A stretch of DNA of 64,000 bases from the NCBI GenBank assembly GCA_025453395.1, contig JALOQK010000004.1:51563-115562 (forward strand), in the 5' to 3' direction. Below are positions 28,759 through 38,135 of the stretch, piece by piece. This stretch comes from Candidatus Omnitrophota bacterium (GTDB lineage: Bacteria > Omnitrophota > Gorgyraeia > Gygaellales > Profunditerraquicolaceae). A model generated the notes under the pieces. That model made no database searches. It saw nothing but the letters and a program-made list of their open reading frames with translations, and was not told the DNA's origin. Numbering within the stretch: the stretch's first letter is position 1; each line of letters opens with the position of its first letter. Made by a program: the position numbers and the translations under genes.

Positions 28759-28838
28759 ATACCTCCTTCGCAGTAGCGAACACCGGCGCAATTTGCCGCA
28801 ATTGCGGCATACTTTGCCTTCCGATAGGCAAAGGTACA
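28759..28838 (-). repeat. conserved intercistronic dual-hairpin element, copy 1 (GTACCTTTGCC-TATCGGAA-GGCAAAGTA + GCCGCAATTGCGGC + GGTGTTCGCTACTGCGAAGGAGG)
   Basis: Its sequence and architecture (two hairpins, GGTGTTC tract, RBS) are shared with the copy at 38041-38131. It lies between the NDH-2-like stop and the doxX start. Confidence 0.55.
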
Positions 28839-29969
28839 TTATTGCCGGCTATTTAATATTAAACTTCTAAAAACCGAAAGCTTATTCCCCCACCCTACTG
28901 TGCGCCATAAGCATAAAAGGTAATGCAGGAAAATCGCTTTCCTGCCTTTTACCTTTCGCCCTAATACTATACCACAAGCAAAATTATTTGCCATGGGAAT
29001 AATATAGCCCCAATCGCGCGGCTTAAAGACAGCCTTGGGTTTATTTTCTAAGGACCGCGCAATATTAAGCGCTACGGTATGGCCTTGGGCAATGGCAAAT
29101 TGCACGGCCATGCGCAAGAAACTCTTGCCTTGGCTAAAACAAGCGCTGTCTCCAGCGGCAAAACACCCCTCTCTAAATTCTAAATAATTATCCACCATGA
29201 TTCTTCCTTGAGGATTTTTAGGAATATTCAAGGTTTGGAGATACTGTGGAGTTTTTACTCCAGCTGCCCAAATAAGCAATGACTCTTTTAAAATAGTTTT
29301 ATCAGATAAAACTAAATCCTCCCCCTCTATATTCTCAATAAAAACCCCGCAGCGTATTTCAATACTCATAATTTTTAAATTACTCGCCACATAGTCTTTC
29401 ATCCACTCTGGCAAAGGGCCTAAAATAGAACTGGCGCGCTCTAAAATAATGACGGGCTTGGATATTTTTCGCTTTTGAAGATGCAGTTTTAAATTAGTTG
29501 CTACCTCTATTCCTGTGTAACCGGCCCCAGAAATAACAAAATTCTGGAAATCCTGGGCCCAAAGGCCATCAAGGATTTTTTGCGCGTCTGCAGGAGAATC
29601 TAACTTATAGGCATAATCCCTAATCTTGTTATTGCCATAAAAGTTTGTTTCTGTGCCAGTTGCAATTACCAAATAATCATAGTTCAAATTTATATGCGCG
29701 CAATGCGCAATTTTATTTTCCAGATCTAAACTTATTACTTCCTCTTGAATAAACTGACAACCGTATTTCTTAGCCAACGACCCTATAGGAAAATAAAGTT
29801 TGCTAGTTAAGATGCCCCTTCCGATACAATCCGGCATTAAGGGCAAACAATTAAAGCTGCCCCCCTTATCGATAATTGTTACGCTTATTTTATCCCGAAA
29901 AGAAGAAAGCCGCCATGCGGTAACTGCGCCGGCATACCCACAACCGATAATAACTACTTTTTTCTTCAT
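28839..29969 (-). CDS. FAD-dependent pyridine-nucleotide-disulfide oxidoreductase (NDH-2 / sulfide:quinone oxidoreductase-like)
   Basis: GCGYAG Rossmann motif and a second nucleotide-binding GAGYTG motif. Confidence 0.65.
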   Translation of the reverse strand: MKKKVVIIGCGYAGAVTAWRLSSFRDKISVTIIDKGGSFNCLPLMPDCIGRGILTSKLYFPIGSLAKKYGCQFIQEEVISLDLENKIAHCAHINLNYDYLVIATGTETNFYGNNKIRDYAYKLDSPADAQKILDGLWAQDFQNFVISGAGYTGIEVATNLKLHLQKRKISKPVIILERASSILGPLPEWMKDYVASNLKIMSIEIRCGVFIENIEGEDLVLSDKTILKESLLIWAAGVKTPQYLQTLNIPKNPQGRIMVDNYLEFREGCFAAGDSACFSQGKSFLRMAVQFAIAQGHTVALNIARSLENKPKAVFKPRDWGYIIPMANNFACGIVLGRKVKGRKAIFLHYLLCLWRTVGWGNKLSVFRSLILNSRQ

Positions 29970-30028
29970 ACAAGCTCAATCTATTTTCTCTATATTAACG
30001 GAATCCCGAACCTTCAGGATATTTTGCC

Positions 30029-30955
30029 CTAAGGATTCGGGGAAAATAGCGCCGCAATTAAAATTAAGCTTACTACCGCATTGAATTTAATGGTCAAGGC
30101 TGAAGACCGCAAAAGCAGCTGCTTGCTTGCGTAGTCAACCTTTAAAATCTTTGTTGCCTTAAAAACCATGGGCAAAAATAATAAAACCGCTAAAGCGCTT
30201 ATTTTCAAATATCCTATCGCTACCGCGCAAACTATAAAGATGACAGAAAGCCCCGCAAGCGCAGCGTATAGAATAAAGGCGCGCCTTGGTTGCAGAAAAT
30301 TTACCCAAGTGTATTTTCTTGCTTCTTTGTCCTGCGGATAATCCGGCACTTCATTGGCCAAAAGAATAGCGCTTGTCAACAATCCAAAAGGAACCGACAA
30401 AAAGAATGCTTTTAATGAGGGGAAAATCCCGGTTTGCAAAAAATAACCGCCCATAACAAGCGCGGGGCCGAATAAAAAAAAGATCACGACCTCTCCTGTC
30501 TGCCTGCAGGAGAATTTTAAAGGAGGCAAAGAATACCCCGCGCCCAAAAGTGCGATGAGAATAAAAACTAAAAAAGGGAGAAAACTTTTAATGATAAAAC
30601 ACAAGCTGACAACCGAAAATAAGGCCAAGAATAAAAACACAATGGATGAAAACAGATAGAAGCTTTCGGAAAGAATTCCTTCCTGAATAAGTTTTGATCC
30701 TCCAAACAACCCATAGAATTTCTTATCTTTCCAGTCGGCTGTATTCTGGGAATCCGCGTAATCATTGATAAGATTAGCTCCCAAATGCGTAAAAATAACT
30801 GCGCATAAACCTAAAACAAAGATAACCGGATGCAAAGCCTGCCTGCTTAATAAAGAGCCGAAAACAAAAGGAAGAATGCTTGCGCCCAAAAAAGGAATTC
30901 TAAAAGCGCGCGCTAAAACTGCCAGGCCTAAAGGACTTTTTGTTTGCATTACCAT
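30029..30955 (-). CDS. UbiA-family aromatic prenyltransferase (MenA-like)
   Basis: NDYAD Asp-rich motif and 8-9 TM helices. Confidence 0.75.
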   Translation of the reverse strand: MVMQTKSPLGLAVLARAFRIPFLGASILPFVFGSLLSRQALHPVIFVLGLCAVIFTHLGANLINDYADSQNTADWKDKKFYGLFGGSKLIQEGILSESFYLFSSIVFLFLALFSVVSLCFIIKSFLPFLVFILIALLGAGYSLPPLKFSCRQTGEVVIFFLFGPALVMGGYFLQTGIFPSLKAFFLSVPFGLLTSAILLANEVPDYPQDKEARKYTWVNFLQPRRAFILYAALAGLSVIFIVCAVAIGYLKISALAVLLFLPMVFKATKILKVDYASKQLLLRSSALTIKFNAVVSLILIAALFSPNP

Positions 30956-30977
30956 ATACTTATGTTAACATAATCTG

Positions 30978-32030
30978 ATGAACTTGAAAATCAAAAATAC
31001 TATTGATAAAAGAATAAAAGAATTCCTGAATAAGGCTGACAGCTGTTATAAGATCAAGCGGCTCTCCCCTATTTTGTCAAATACCATCCGGGAATTTGTT
31101 ACGCGCGATGGAAAAAGAGTCCGCCCCATACTTTTTATTCTGGGGTACCTGGGATTCAATAAAAAAGAGGCGAAAGGACTATATGAAAGCGCTATTTCAA
31201 TAGAATTACTGCATGATTTTATGTTAGTGCATGACGACATAATTGATAAATCAGGGCTCCGCCGCGGCAAACCTTCTATGCATAAGATCTTTGACAGGCA
31301 CATAGCCGAAAATAAAAATATAAAATTTAGCGGGCAAGATTTAGCGATTGTCGCAGGAGATGTAATGTACGCAATGGGCTTGGCCTCTTTTTTGTCTATT
31401 GATGTAGCCAAAGACAAAAAGGAAAAAGCCATGCGTAAGCTCATTGAAGCCGCAATTAATACTGGAAGCGGAGAATTCTTAGAGCTTATGTTAGCGGCCA
31501 AGGATATAAGCAAGATTAAAAAAGAGCAGATCTACCAGGTCTATGATTACAAAACTGCCTGTTACACCTTTGCCTCTCCTCTTGCCATAGGCGCGATCCT
31601 TGCGGGAGCGAATAACCAAGAAGCGCAAAAACTTTATGACTACGGCATATACCTGGGCAGGGCCTTCCAGATCAAAGACGACATTTTAGGGATGTTCTCC
31701 AGCGAAGAGGAAACCGGCAAGCCCCTGATATCAGACTTACAAGAATCCAAAAGAACGCTTCTTATGTGGCATGCCTATCAAATGGGGACTTTTGTACAAA
31801 AAAAATATATAAAGAAAGTCTTATCTGGAGAAAAAATCGGGATGCGCGAATTAAAACTTACCCAGGATATACTTATTTCTTCAGGCTCACTTGCCAAAAC
31901 AAAAGAAGATATTGTTTATTACGCTTCTTGCGCTAAGAAATCACTCTCAAACTCAAAAATCTCACCTGAAATTAAAGATTACCTCGACCAATACTCAAGC
32001 CTTATCCTTAATATCCAACCGGACAAATAA
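30978..32030 (+). CDS. polyprenyl diphosphate synthase (GGPP synthase-like)
   Basis: FARM motif LVHDDIID and SARM motif KDDILG. Confidence 0.85.
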   Translation: MNLKIKNTIDKRIKEFLNKADSCYKIKRLSPILSNTIREFVTRDGKRVRPILFILGYLGFNKKEAKGLYESAISIELLHDFMLVHDDIIDKSGLRRGKPSMHKIFDRHIAENKNIKFSGQDLAIVAGDVMYAMGLASFLSIDVAKDKKEKAMRKLIEAAINTGSGEFLELMLAAKDISKIKKEQIYQVYDYKTACYTFASPLAIGAILAGANNQEAQKLYDYGIYLGRAFQIKDDILGMFSSEEETGKPLISDLQESKRTLLMWHAYQMGTFVQKKYIKKVLSGEKIGMRELKLTQDILISSGSLAKTKEDIVYYASCAKKSLSNSKISPEIKDYLDQYSSLILNIQPDK

Positions 32031-32898
32031 ACCTGCATTTCCCGGATTTAAAATCATTGGCTAACTCATTGCCAGGGTCAAGCATAAAAGCCCAATCAAG
32101 GTATTTCTTAAAACCCTCTTCATCTTTATTCATCCGGCAGGCTTGCGCTAACCGCACATAGATATCCGCGAAACGCGGGTCTTTATCTTTAGCCTTCTCT
32201 AAATATTCCAAGGCTAACTTTTTGTTGCCTCCAACTAAAGTAGGCGAAAGAAGATAATAAGAGCCTAAGCCAAAATAAACTTGCGCATCGTAAGGCGCTA
32301 AACTTTGCGCTTTTCTTAAAAGCGGCAATATCTTTCTTCCGTGTGATAACTTCACGATTATCCCGCCATAATGCGCAACCATACCCTTATTAGCGGTCAA
32401 CATTAAGATTGCCCTAAGATAATTTTCTTTATCCATCTGTTCGCTCCCCAGATCAACAATCTCTTGGGTCAAATCCATAGCCTTGTGGAATTCCCCTTCC
32501 AGATAATAAATATAGACGCGCGATAGCCGCGCGGGAATAAATTCCGGATGATCCGCTATAATTTCATCAAGGATCAACTTACTCTCTTCAAGATCATGCT
32601 TCCGGCGTAAGATTTCAGCTACGCCCCACTGCGCCGGGAAAAAAGAAGGAGCTATTTTTCTTACTTTTATAAATACCTCTTTAGCTTTATCTTCCTGGCG
32701 CGCGGAAAGATAAACCAATCCTAAGACATAAAGATCGTCTTGCGAAACAGATTTGGATAACGCATCCGCGCTTACGCTATTTAAGTTTATACCACTTGCC
32801 TTATCGTGCAGGGTTTTCCAGTTGGCAGCAAACACAGGATGGATAAAAAAAACCACAATTATGAAAAATAACACCTTACTTCTTAACATATCCTGCAT
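32008..32898 (-). CDS. secreted TPR-like repeat protein
   Basis: Signal peptide and helical repeat pattern. Confidence 0.45.
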   Translation of the reverse strand: MQDMLRSKVLFFIIVVFFIHPVFAANWKTLHDKASGINLNSVSADALSKSVSQDDLYVLGLVYLSARQEDKAKEVFIKVRKIAPSFFPAQWGVAEILRRKHDLEESKLILDEIIADHPEFIPARLSRVYIYYLEGEFHKAMDLTQEIVDLGSEQMDKENYLRAILMLTANKGMVAHYGGIIVKLSHGRKILPLLRKAQSLAPYDAQVYFGLGSYYLLSPTLVGGNKKLALEYLEKAKDKDPRFADIYVRLAQACRMNKDEEGFKKYLDWAFMLDPGNELANDFKSGKCRFICPVGY

Positions 32899-33187
32899 CC
32901 TTTCTCTTAAAGAATTCCCAGAAAATAATGGTCAAACTTACCATACTAAAACCAAACAGGAAATCCTCAAGCGGAATACTGCCCAGCCTGATACCTAAAA
33001 ATGCTTCCTGGGAATACAAGACAATGTGCCGGGCGGTAAGATAGCCATTAACCACAAGCTTAAAAATGAAAATAATCAATAAAAACAGATAGAAAATTTT
33101 CTTTTTCAGGATATTTATCTTTAGGTAATTATCCAAAAATAGCACCAAAAGAATAGATATTGAGCATAAGAATGTGTATTCGCGCAT
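32876..33187 (-). CDS. lycopene cyclase domain protein (heterodimeric CrtYc/d-type subunit)
   Basis: About 100 aa, 3 TM helices and a PLED motif. Confidence 0.6.
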   Translation of the reverse strand: MREYTFLCSISILLVLFLDNYLKINILKKKIFYLFLLIIFIFKLVVNGYLTARHIVLYSQEAFLGIRLGSIPLEDFLFGFSMVSLTIIFWEFFKRKDAGYVKK

Positions 33188-33190
33188 AGC

Positions 33191-33499
33191 TTATTTATTT
33201 TTCCTTAAAAACTCCAAGGCCTCCCAAGTGAAAATACAGCAAAACGGGATAACCACAAAAAATAACACCTCCTCCAGCGGCAGATTTATAATTTTTATTC
33301 CCCAGACTGCCCGAGGGTTAAAATACCAATGATTACGCCAGACTGCGAAAACATCCCATGAGCCGAAAATAATAACGATCAGAGATATAGAAAAGACAAG
33401 CGCGCGATAGTTTCTATAGAACCCAAGCCTGGGGTAAAAACTAAGCGCCAAAGGAAGTATCCCCGCTAATAACAAAACTTTCATATATAAAGAAACCAT
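33191..33499 (-). CDS. lycopene cyclase domain protein (second subunit)
   Basis: About 100 aa, PLEE motif. It pairs with the preceding gene. Confidence 0.6.
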   Translation of the reverse strand: MVSLYMKVLLLAGILPLALSFYPRLGFYRNYRALVFSISLIVIIFGSWDVFAVWRNHWYFNPRAVWGIKIINLPLEEVLFFVVIPFCCIFTWEALEFLRKNK

Positions 33500-33564
33500 A
33501 GTTACATTGTAAGTTTAAAACAAAGCATTGGCAAGCGCTTAATTTTTAGGTTAAAATATACCCT

Positions 33565-34347
33565 ATGCCAACAAACGCAGAACAAGGATTCTTAATTGCC
33601 AGGGGAATGACTAAGAAATGCGCCAGAAACTTTTATTCTGCTTCATTGTTTCTGCCTAAGGAAGAAAGAATGGCAAGCTTTGCAGTATACGCGGTCTGCA
33701 GAATAAGCGATCAAGCGGTAGACAGCCCCGCCAATGGATCCCTGGAAAACATCCAGCGCGTACAAAGAATAATAGATTCCTGCTATCAAAATACAAAGCT
33801 TGATTCAGCGCTTCTTTTTGCTTTCCGGGATACAATACTAAAATACAACATCCCCAAAGAATATTTTGATAAACTCTTAGAAGGCATGCGCATGGATCTT
33901 ACTAAGAAACGCTACGCGAATTTCACGCAATTGGATGATTATTGCTATAAGGCTGCCGGGGTCATCGGGCTTATTATGTTAAAAATATTCCACTGCGATA
34001 TTCCCGAGGCAAAAGAACACGCAATTAACTTAGGCAAGGCGATGCAGCTGACCAATATCCTGCGGGATATCAAAGAGGATTTCGCTCTGGGCAGGATATA
34101 TTTGCCTGGCGACGAATTATCCTGCTATAAAATAACAGAAGAGCAAATCCGCGATTACATAATAGACGATAACTTCAGGTCGTTCTTAAAGTTTCAGATA
34201 GCTCGCGCGCGAGAATATTATCAAGAGGCTGAAAAAGGAATCTATTTGATAAAAAACTTTCGTTTCCGCCTGGTAATTGGATTGATGTCAGGCCGTTACC
34301 GCCATATACTCAAACGCATAGAAAGAAATATTTTACCATGCGCATAA
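33565..34347 (+). CDS. crtB: phytoene/squalene synthase family
   Basis: Two Asp-rich motifs (DxxxD-type, e.g. RISDQAVD and DIKED) in the trans-isoprenyl diphosphate synthase head-to-head fold. Confidence 0.75.
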   Translation: MPTNAEQGFLIARGMTKKCARNFYSASLFLPKEERMASFAVYAVCRISDQAVDSPANGSLENIQRVQRIIDSCYQNTKLDSALLFAFRDTILKYNIPKEYFDKLLEGMRMDLTKKRYANFTQLDDYCYKAAGVIGLIMLKIFHCDIPEAKEHAINLGKAMQLTNILRDIKEDFALGRIYLPGDELSCYKITEEQIRDYIIDDNFRSFLKFQIARAREYYQEAEKGIYLIKNFRFRLVIGLMSGRYRHILKRIERNILPCA

Positions 34348-35183
34348 ACCTTGCCAAATCCGCTGGATTTTGTTTTGGGGTAAAAAGAGCGATTAAAATC
34401 GCTTTAGAACTTGCCTCTTCCGGGAATAACGTAGAGATGCTCGGAGATATCGTCCATAATGAAACAGTTGTGGAAGGCATAAAAAAAGCAGGCGTAGATA
34501 AGGTTTCCCGACTAAAATGCGGCAGGAATAAGATTTTGCTTATCCGCGCGCATGGGGCCTGCGAGAAAACAATCCAAAAAGCAAAAACACTGGGCTACAG
34601 AATAGTTGATGCCACCTGCCCAATGGTCAAAGAGATCCATAAAATCGTCAAGGCCTATGATAAAAATGGCTACCGCATAGTTATTATCGGAGACCAAAAG
34701 CATGATGAGGTGCATGGCATCGCAGGGCAAGTAGACAATAAGGCAATTATAATTTCTGATGAAAACAAAATTCCGCTTAATAAATTAAGGCTTAATGACA
34801 AGCTGTGCCTTGTTTCCCAGTCCACCCAGACAGAGAAAAAGGTAAATAAAATCTACTCCCTGATAAAACCTTGCGTTAAGGAGTTAAAGTTTTTTAATAC
34901 TATCTGTGCCCCTACCCGCGCCAAACAAAAAGAGATCAAGGATATGCCGCTAAAGAACGATGTGATGATTGTTATTGGCTCGCGGACTTCCGCCAATACC
35001 AAAAGGCTTTATGAAATATCATGGAGGCTGAATAAACGCACTTACTGGGTAGAAGATCCGGCAGAACTTCAAAAGCAATGGTTCAGGCATGCCAAAAACA
35101 TCGGGGTTACTTCCGGGGCGTCCACTCCCTGCCAAACAACAGACCAAATCATTAAAAAAATAAAGAATTTTAACGTAAAATAA
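34338..35183 (+). CDS. ispH: 4-hydroxy-3-methylbut-2-enyl diphosphate reductase
   Basis: LytB fold with three conserved Cys (C13, C94, C192) and the HNE and TSGASTP motifs. Confidence 0.9.
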   Translation: MRINLAKSAGFCFGVKRAIKIALELASSGNNVEMLGDIVHNETVVEGIKKAGVDKVSRLKCGRNKILLIRAHGACEKTIQKAKTLGYRIVDATCPMVKEIHKIVKAYDKNGYRIVIIGDQKHDEVHGIAGQVDNKAIIISDENKIPLNKLRLNDKLCLVSQSTQTEKKVNKIYSLIKPCVKELKFFNTICAPTRAKQKEIKDMPLKNDVMIVIGSRTSANTKRLYEISWRLNKRTYWVEDPAELQKQWFRHAKNIGVTSGASTPCQTTDQIIKKIKNFNVK

Positions 35184-36609
35184 GCCCTGCGGCGATACGG
35201 GAACTAGCAATCACCGGAGGAAGCCCCCCTCCTGGCTGGGTACTTGCACCAACATAAAATAAATTCTTTATTCTGGAATCATAATTGACTGGCCTAAAGA
35301 ATGCGCTCTGCATTAAATTATGCGCTAAGCCGAAAGTCGCGCCGTATTCTATGTTATAACGCCCAATAAAATCAGCGGGATAAAAATGATGCTCGATTTC
35401 AATCAAATCCTCAACGTTCTGGCCGCAGACATGGCTTATTTTATCCAGCGTAATCTTTCTTAAGCGCTCTCTATGCCCCCGGAGAGAATCTTCTGTATGC
35501 TCCAGGTTAGCTGTGGGAATAAGGATATAAAGGATCTCTTTATCCATGGGCGCAAGTGACTGGTCTGTTACTGTTGGCACATGCACATAAAAAGAGGGGT
35601 CAAAAGGGGCCTGAACTGTTTGAAAGATCTCGTGGAGGTTGCGCTTGATATCGCTTGAGAAGAATAAGTTATGATGCGCAAGATGGCTTATTTTCTTCTT
35701 AAGCCCCAGATAAATCAGAAAAACAGAACAGGAATATTTATACTGAGGCAGCTTTCTTCCTAGAAGATGCCTCTGCGTATAAGAATAATCTGCGCTTGAG
35801 ACAACCGCATCATAAGAAACCTCTTTTTCTTTAAAACGAATGGTTAACCCCGAATGACCATGGCTAATCTTTTCCGCTGGGTGGTCATAATAAAATTTAA
35901 CCCCAAATTTACGGCAGATACTTTCAAGCGCTTGCGGTATTTTATACATGCCTCCCATGGGATGAAAAACCTTCTGCATATGATCAGCGTAACTTATAAT
36001 ACTATAAAACGCGGGCGCATCAAAACAAGACACCCCCATGAACATTGCCTCAAAGGTAAAGGCATAGCGCAGTTTTTCACTTTTGAAATATTTAGAGGCG
36101 ATATCCCAGTATGATTTGAATATATGCAGCTTAAAAGGCAGCCACATATAGCGGATAGATAGGATATCTTTTGCGGAAAAACACCTGTAAAGAAGAGGCT
36201 TTACCGCTTTATAAATATCGCCTGTGGCATTTATAAAATCATTAAAACGGCGCGAGCTACCCGGCTCTATGCGCTCCAGCTGTTCACAGGTGAGTTTTGT
36301 GTCATGATATACAGTTAATGTTTTTCTATCGGAAAAGAATATTTTATAGTGGACATCGAGGGCTCTTAAATCAAGATAATCTTTTATATCCAAGCCACAG
36401 TAAGAAAAAAGCTCATTGAAGAAATCCGGCATCAGTACGAAAGAAGGCCCGGTATCGAACTTAAAGCCTTTGTCCTCTATGATATTGTTTCGCCCTCCGG
36501 GACGGGAAAGTTTTTCGTGGACTTCTACATCTAGATTATGGTAGGCAAGCCGCATTGCTGTGGCCAATCCTGAAACACCGGCGCCAACAATACCAACTGT
36601 CTTTGCCAT
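35170..36609 (-). CDS. crtI: phytoene desaturase (CrtI family)
   Basis: GAGVSGL FAD motif and CrtI C-terminal signature (..GASTQPGGGLP). Confidence 0.85.
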   Translation of the reverse strand: MAKTVGIVGAGVSGLATAMRLAYHNLDVEVHEKLSRPGGRNNIIEDKGFKFDTGPSFVLMPDFFNELFSYCGLDIKDYLDLRALDVHYKIFFSDRKTLTVYHDTKLTCEQLERIEPGSSRRFNDFINATGDIYKAVKPLLYRCFSAKDILSIRYMWLPFKLHIFKSYWDIASKYFKSEKLRYAFTFEAMFMGVSCFDAPAFYSIISYADHMQKVFHPMGGMYKIPQALESICRKFGVKFYYDHPAEKISHGHSGLTIRFKEKEVSYDAVVSSADYSYTQRHLLGRKLPQYKYSCSVFLIYLGLKKKISHLAHHNLFFSSDIKRNLHEIFQTVQAPFDPSFYVHVPTVTDQSLAPMDKEILYILIPTANLEHTEDSLRGHRERLRKITLDKISHVCGQNVEDLIEIEHHFYPADFIGRYNIEYGATFGLAHNLMQSAFFRPVNYDSRIKNLFYVGASTQPGGGLPPVIASSRIAAGLILR

Positions 36610-36629
36610 AAAGGCACCCCTCTTTCTTA

Positions 36630-37973
36630 TTAAGCTAAATCCGGAAGGTCTTTAAGAGATTTTCTTATTTCCGCTTTAGGGTAGGCGTAGTTTTTAAGTT
36701 CTCCGGCTAAGAATTTATCATAAGAGGATAAATCCAAGAAACCATGCCCGCTGAAATTAAAAACAATACACCCCTTCTTTTTTCTTTTGGCAATATCTAT
36801 TACCGCCTTTACGGCATGGGCGGTTTCCGGAGCAGGGACAATACCTTCAGCGCGCGCGAAATCACAAGCTGCCTCAAACACCTCTAATTGATTATAGGAA
36901 ACCGAATCAATGATCCCTTTTTCCTGCAAGGCGCTTACAATCGGAGAACAACCGTGATAACGCAAACCTCCCGCGTGAATCCCGGGAGGAATAAAGTTGT
37001 GGCCTAAGGTGAACATCTTGATAAGAGGCGTTAACCGCACTGTATCGCCATAATCATATTTATACACGCCTTTTGTCAGACTAGGACAAGCCGCCGGCTC
37101 AACCGCAACTATCTTTAAGCAGCCATCTTTCATGCATTGCTTAACAAAGGGGAAAGCAAAACCCGCAAAATTACTTCCGCCGCCCACACAAGCCACAAGA
37201 TAATCCGGCTTCTCGCCAAAAACTTTAAGTTGTTTTTTAAGCTCCAGACCTATGACAGTCTGATGCAGCATCACATGGTTTAGGACGCTTCCTAAACAAT
37301 ATTTCGTATCCTTGTCCCCGACGGCATCCTCTACCGCTTCGGATATAGCAATGCCTAAACTACCCTGGCAATGCGGATCTTTTGCCAAAACTTCCCTGCC
37401 GCTGTTAGTTGTATCCGAAGGAGAAGCCAAAACCTGCGCGCCCCAGATATGCATAAGAGACTTGCGAAAAGGTTTTTGATGAAAACTTACCTTCACCATA
37501 TATATGCGGCATTCTAAACCAAAGATATTACAGGCAAAACTCAAAGCCGCCCCCCACTGTCCGGCGCCGGTTTCCGTAGTTAAACGTTTGACCCCTTCTT
37601 TTTTATTGTAATAAACTTGGGCTACTGAAGTATTGGTCTTGTGGCTGCCGGTGGGAGACACGCTTTCATCTTTATAATAGATACGACACTTAGTCTTTAA
37701 GTGTTTTTCTAAGTTTCTGGCTCTTTTTAAAGGAGTCGGCCTCCACAAACGATAAATCTGCCGGACATCTTCCGGCACGCCAATCCATTTTTCGCAAGAC
37801 ATCTCCTGTTGTATCAAGGCATCAGGGAATATCGGGCTTAAATCATCCCTGTTTAAAGGCTTGCGTGTTTGCGGATTTATAGGAGGCGGCAGCTTAAAAG
37901 GCAAATCACTTAAAAGATTATACCAGCTGCTGGGGATATCTTTTTCGCTCAGGCTAACCCTTAGTCTGTCCAT
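36630..37973 (-). CDS. trpB: TrpB-like PLP-dependent enzyme (tryptophan synthase beta, TrpB2 type)
   Basis: 447 aa, with the long N-terminal extension and HKTN lysine motif typical of TrpB2. Confidence 0.85.
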   Translation of the reverse strand: MDRLRVSLSEKDIPSSWYNLLSDLPFKLPPPINPQTRKPLNRDDLSPIFPDALIQQEMSCEKWIGVPEDVRQIYRLWRPTPLKRARNLEKHLKTKCRIYYKDESVSPTGSHKTNTSVAQVYYNKKEGVKRLTTETGAGQWGAALSFACNIFGLECRIYMVKVSFHQKPFRKSLMHIWGAQVLASPSDTTNSGREVLAKDPHCQGSLGIAISEAVEDAVGDKDTKYCLGSVLNHVMLHQTVIGLELKKQLKVFGEKPDYLVACVGGGSNFAGFAFPFVKQCMKDGCLKIVAVEPAACPSLTKGVYKYDYGDTVRLTPLIKMFTLGHNFIPPGIHAGGLRYHGCSPIVSALQEKGIIDSVSYNQLEVFEAACDFARAEGIVPAPETAHAVKAVIDIAKRKKKGCIVFNFSGHGFLDLSSYDKFLAGELKNYAYPKAEIRKSLKDLPDLA

Positions 37974-37977
37974 ACGC

Positions 37978-38058
37978 TTATCCCAAACAAGGTTTTCTGC
38001 CTTTATTGGCTTTCTTAGAACGCCAGTTTAATTTACCTCTACGTTTACGTTTTCCCAT
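37978..38058 (-). CDS. candidate 26-aa highly basic peptide ([26 protein letters not shown]). Its stop lies 4 nt before the trpB2 ATG
   Basis: ATG preceded by GAAAGGGG, which aligns with the RBS of the doxX leader copy. A 32-aa alternative starts at 38073. It was not in the ORF track (below 60 aa). Confidence 0.25.
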   Translation of the reverse strand: MGKRKRRGKLNWRSKKANKGRKPCLG

Positions 38059-38131
38059 ATCTGCCCCTTTCATAGTAATGAACACCGCCCCAGAAAGGGG
38101 CGTACTTTGCCTTCCAATAGGCAAAGGTACG
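38041..38131 (-). repeat. conserved intercistronic dual-hairpin element, copy 2 (GTACCTTTGCC-TATTGGAA-GGCAAAGTAC + GCCCCTTTCTGGGGC + GGTGTTCATTACTATGAAAGGGG)
   Basis: Near-identical hairpin, including the loop, and the GGTGTTCRYTACTRYGAARGGRG tract are shared with 28759-28838. Confidence 0.55.
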
Positions 38132-38135
38132 ACTT

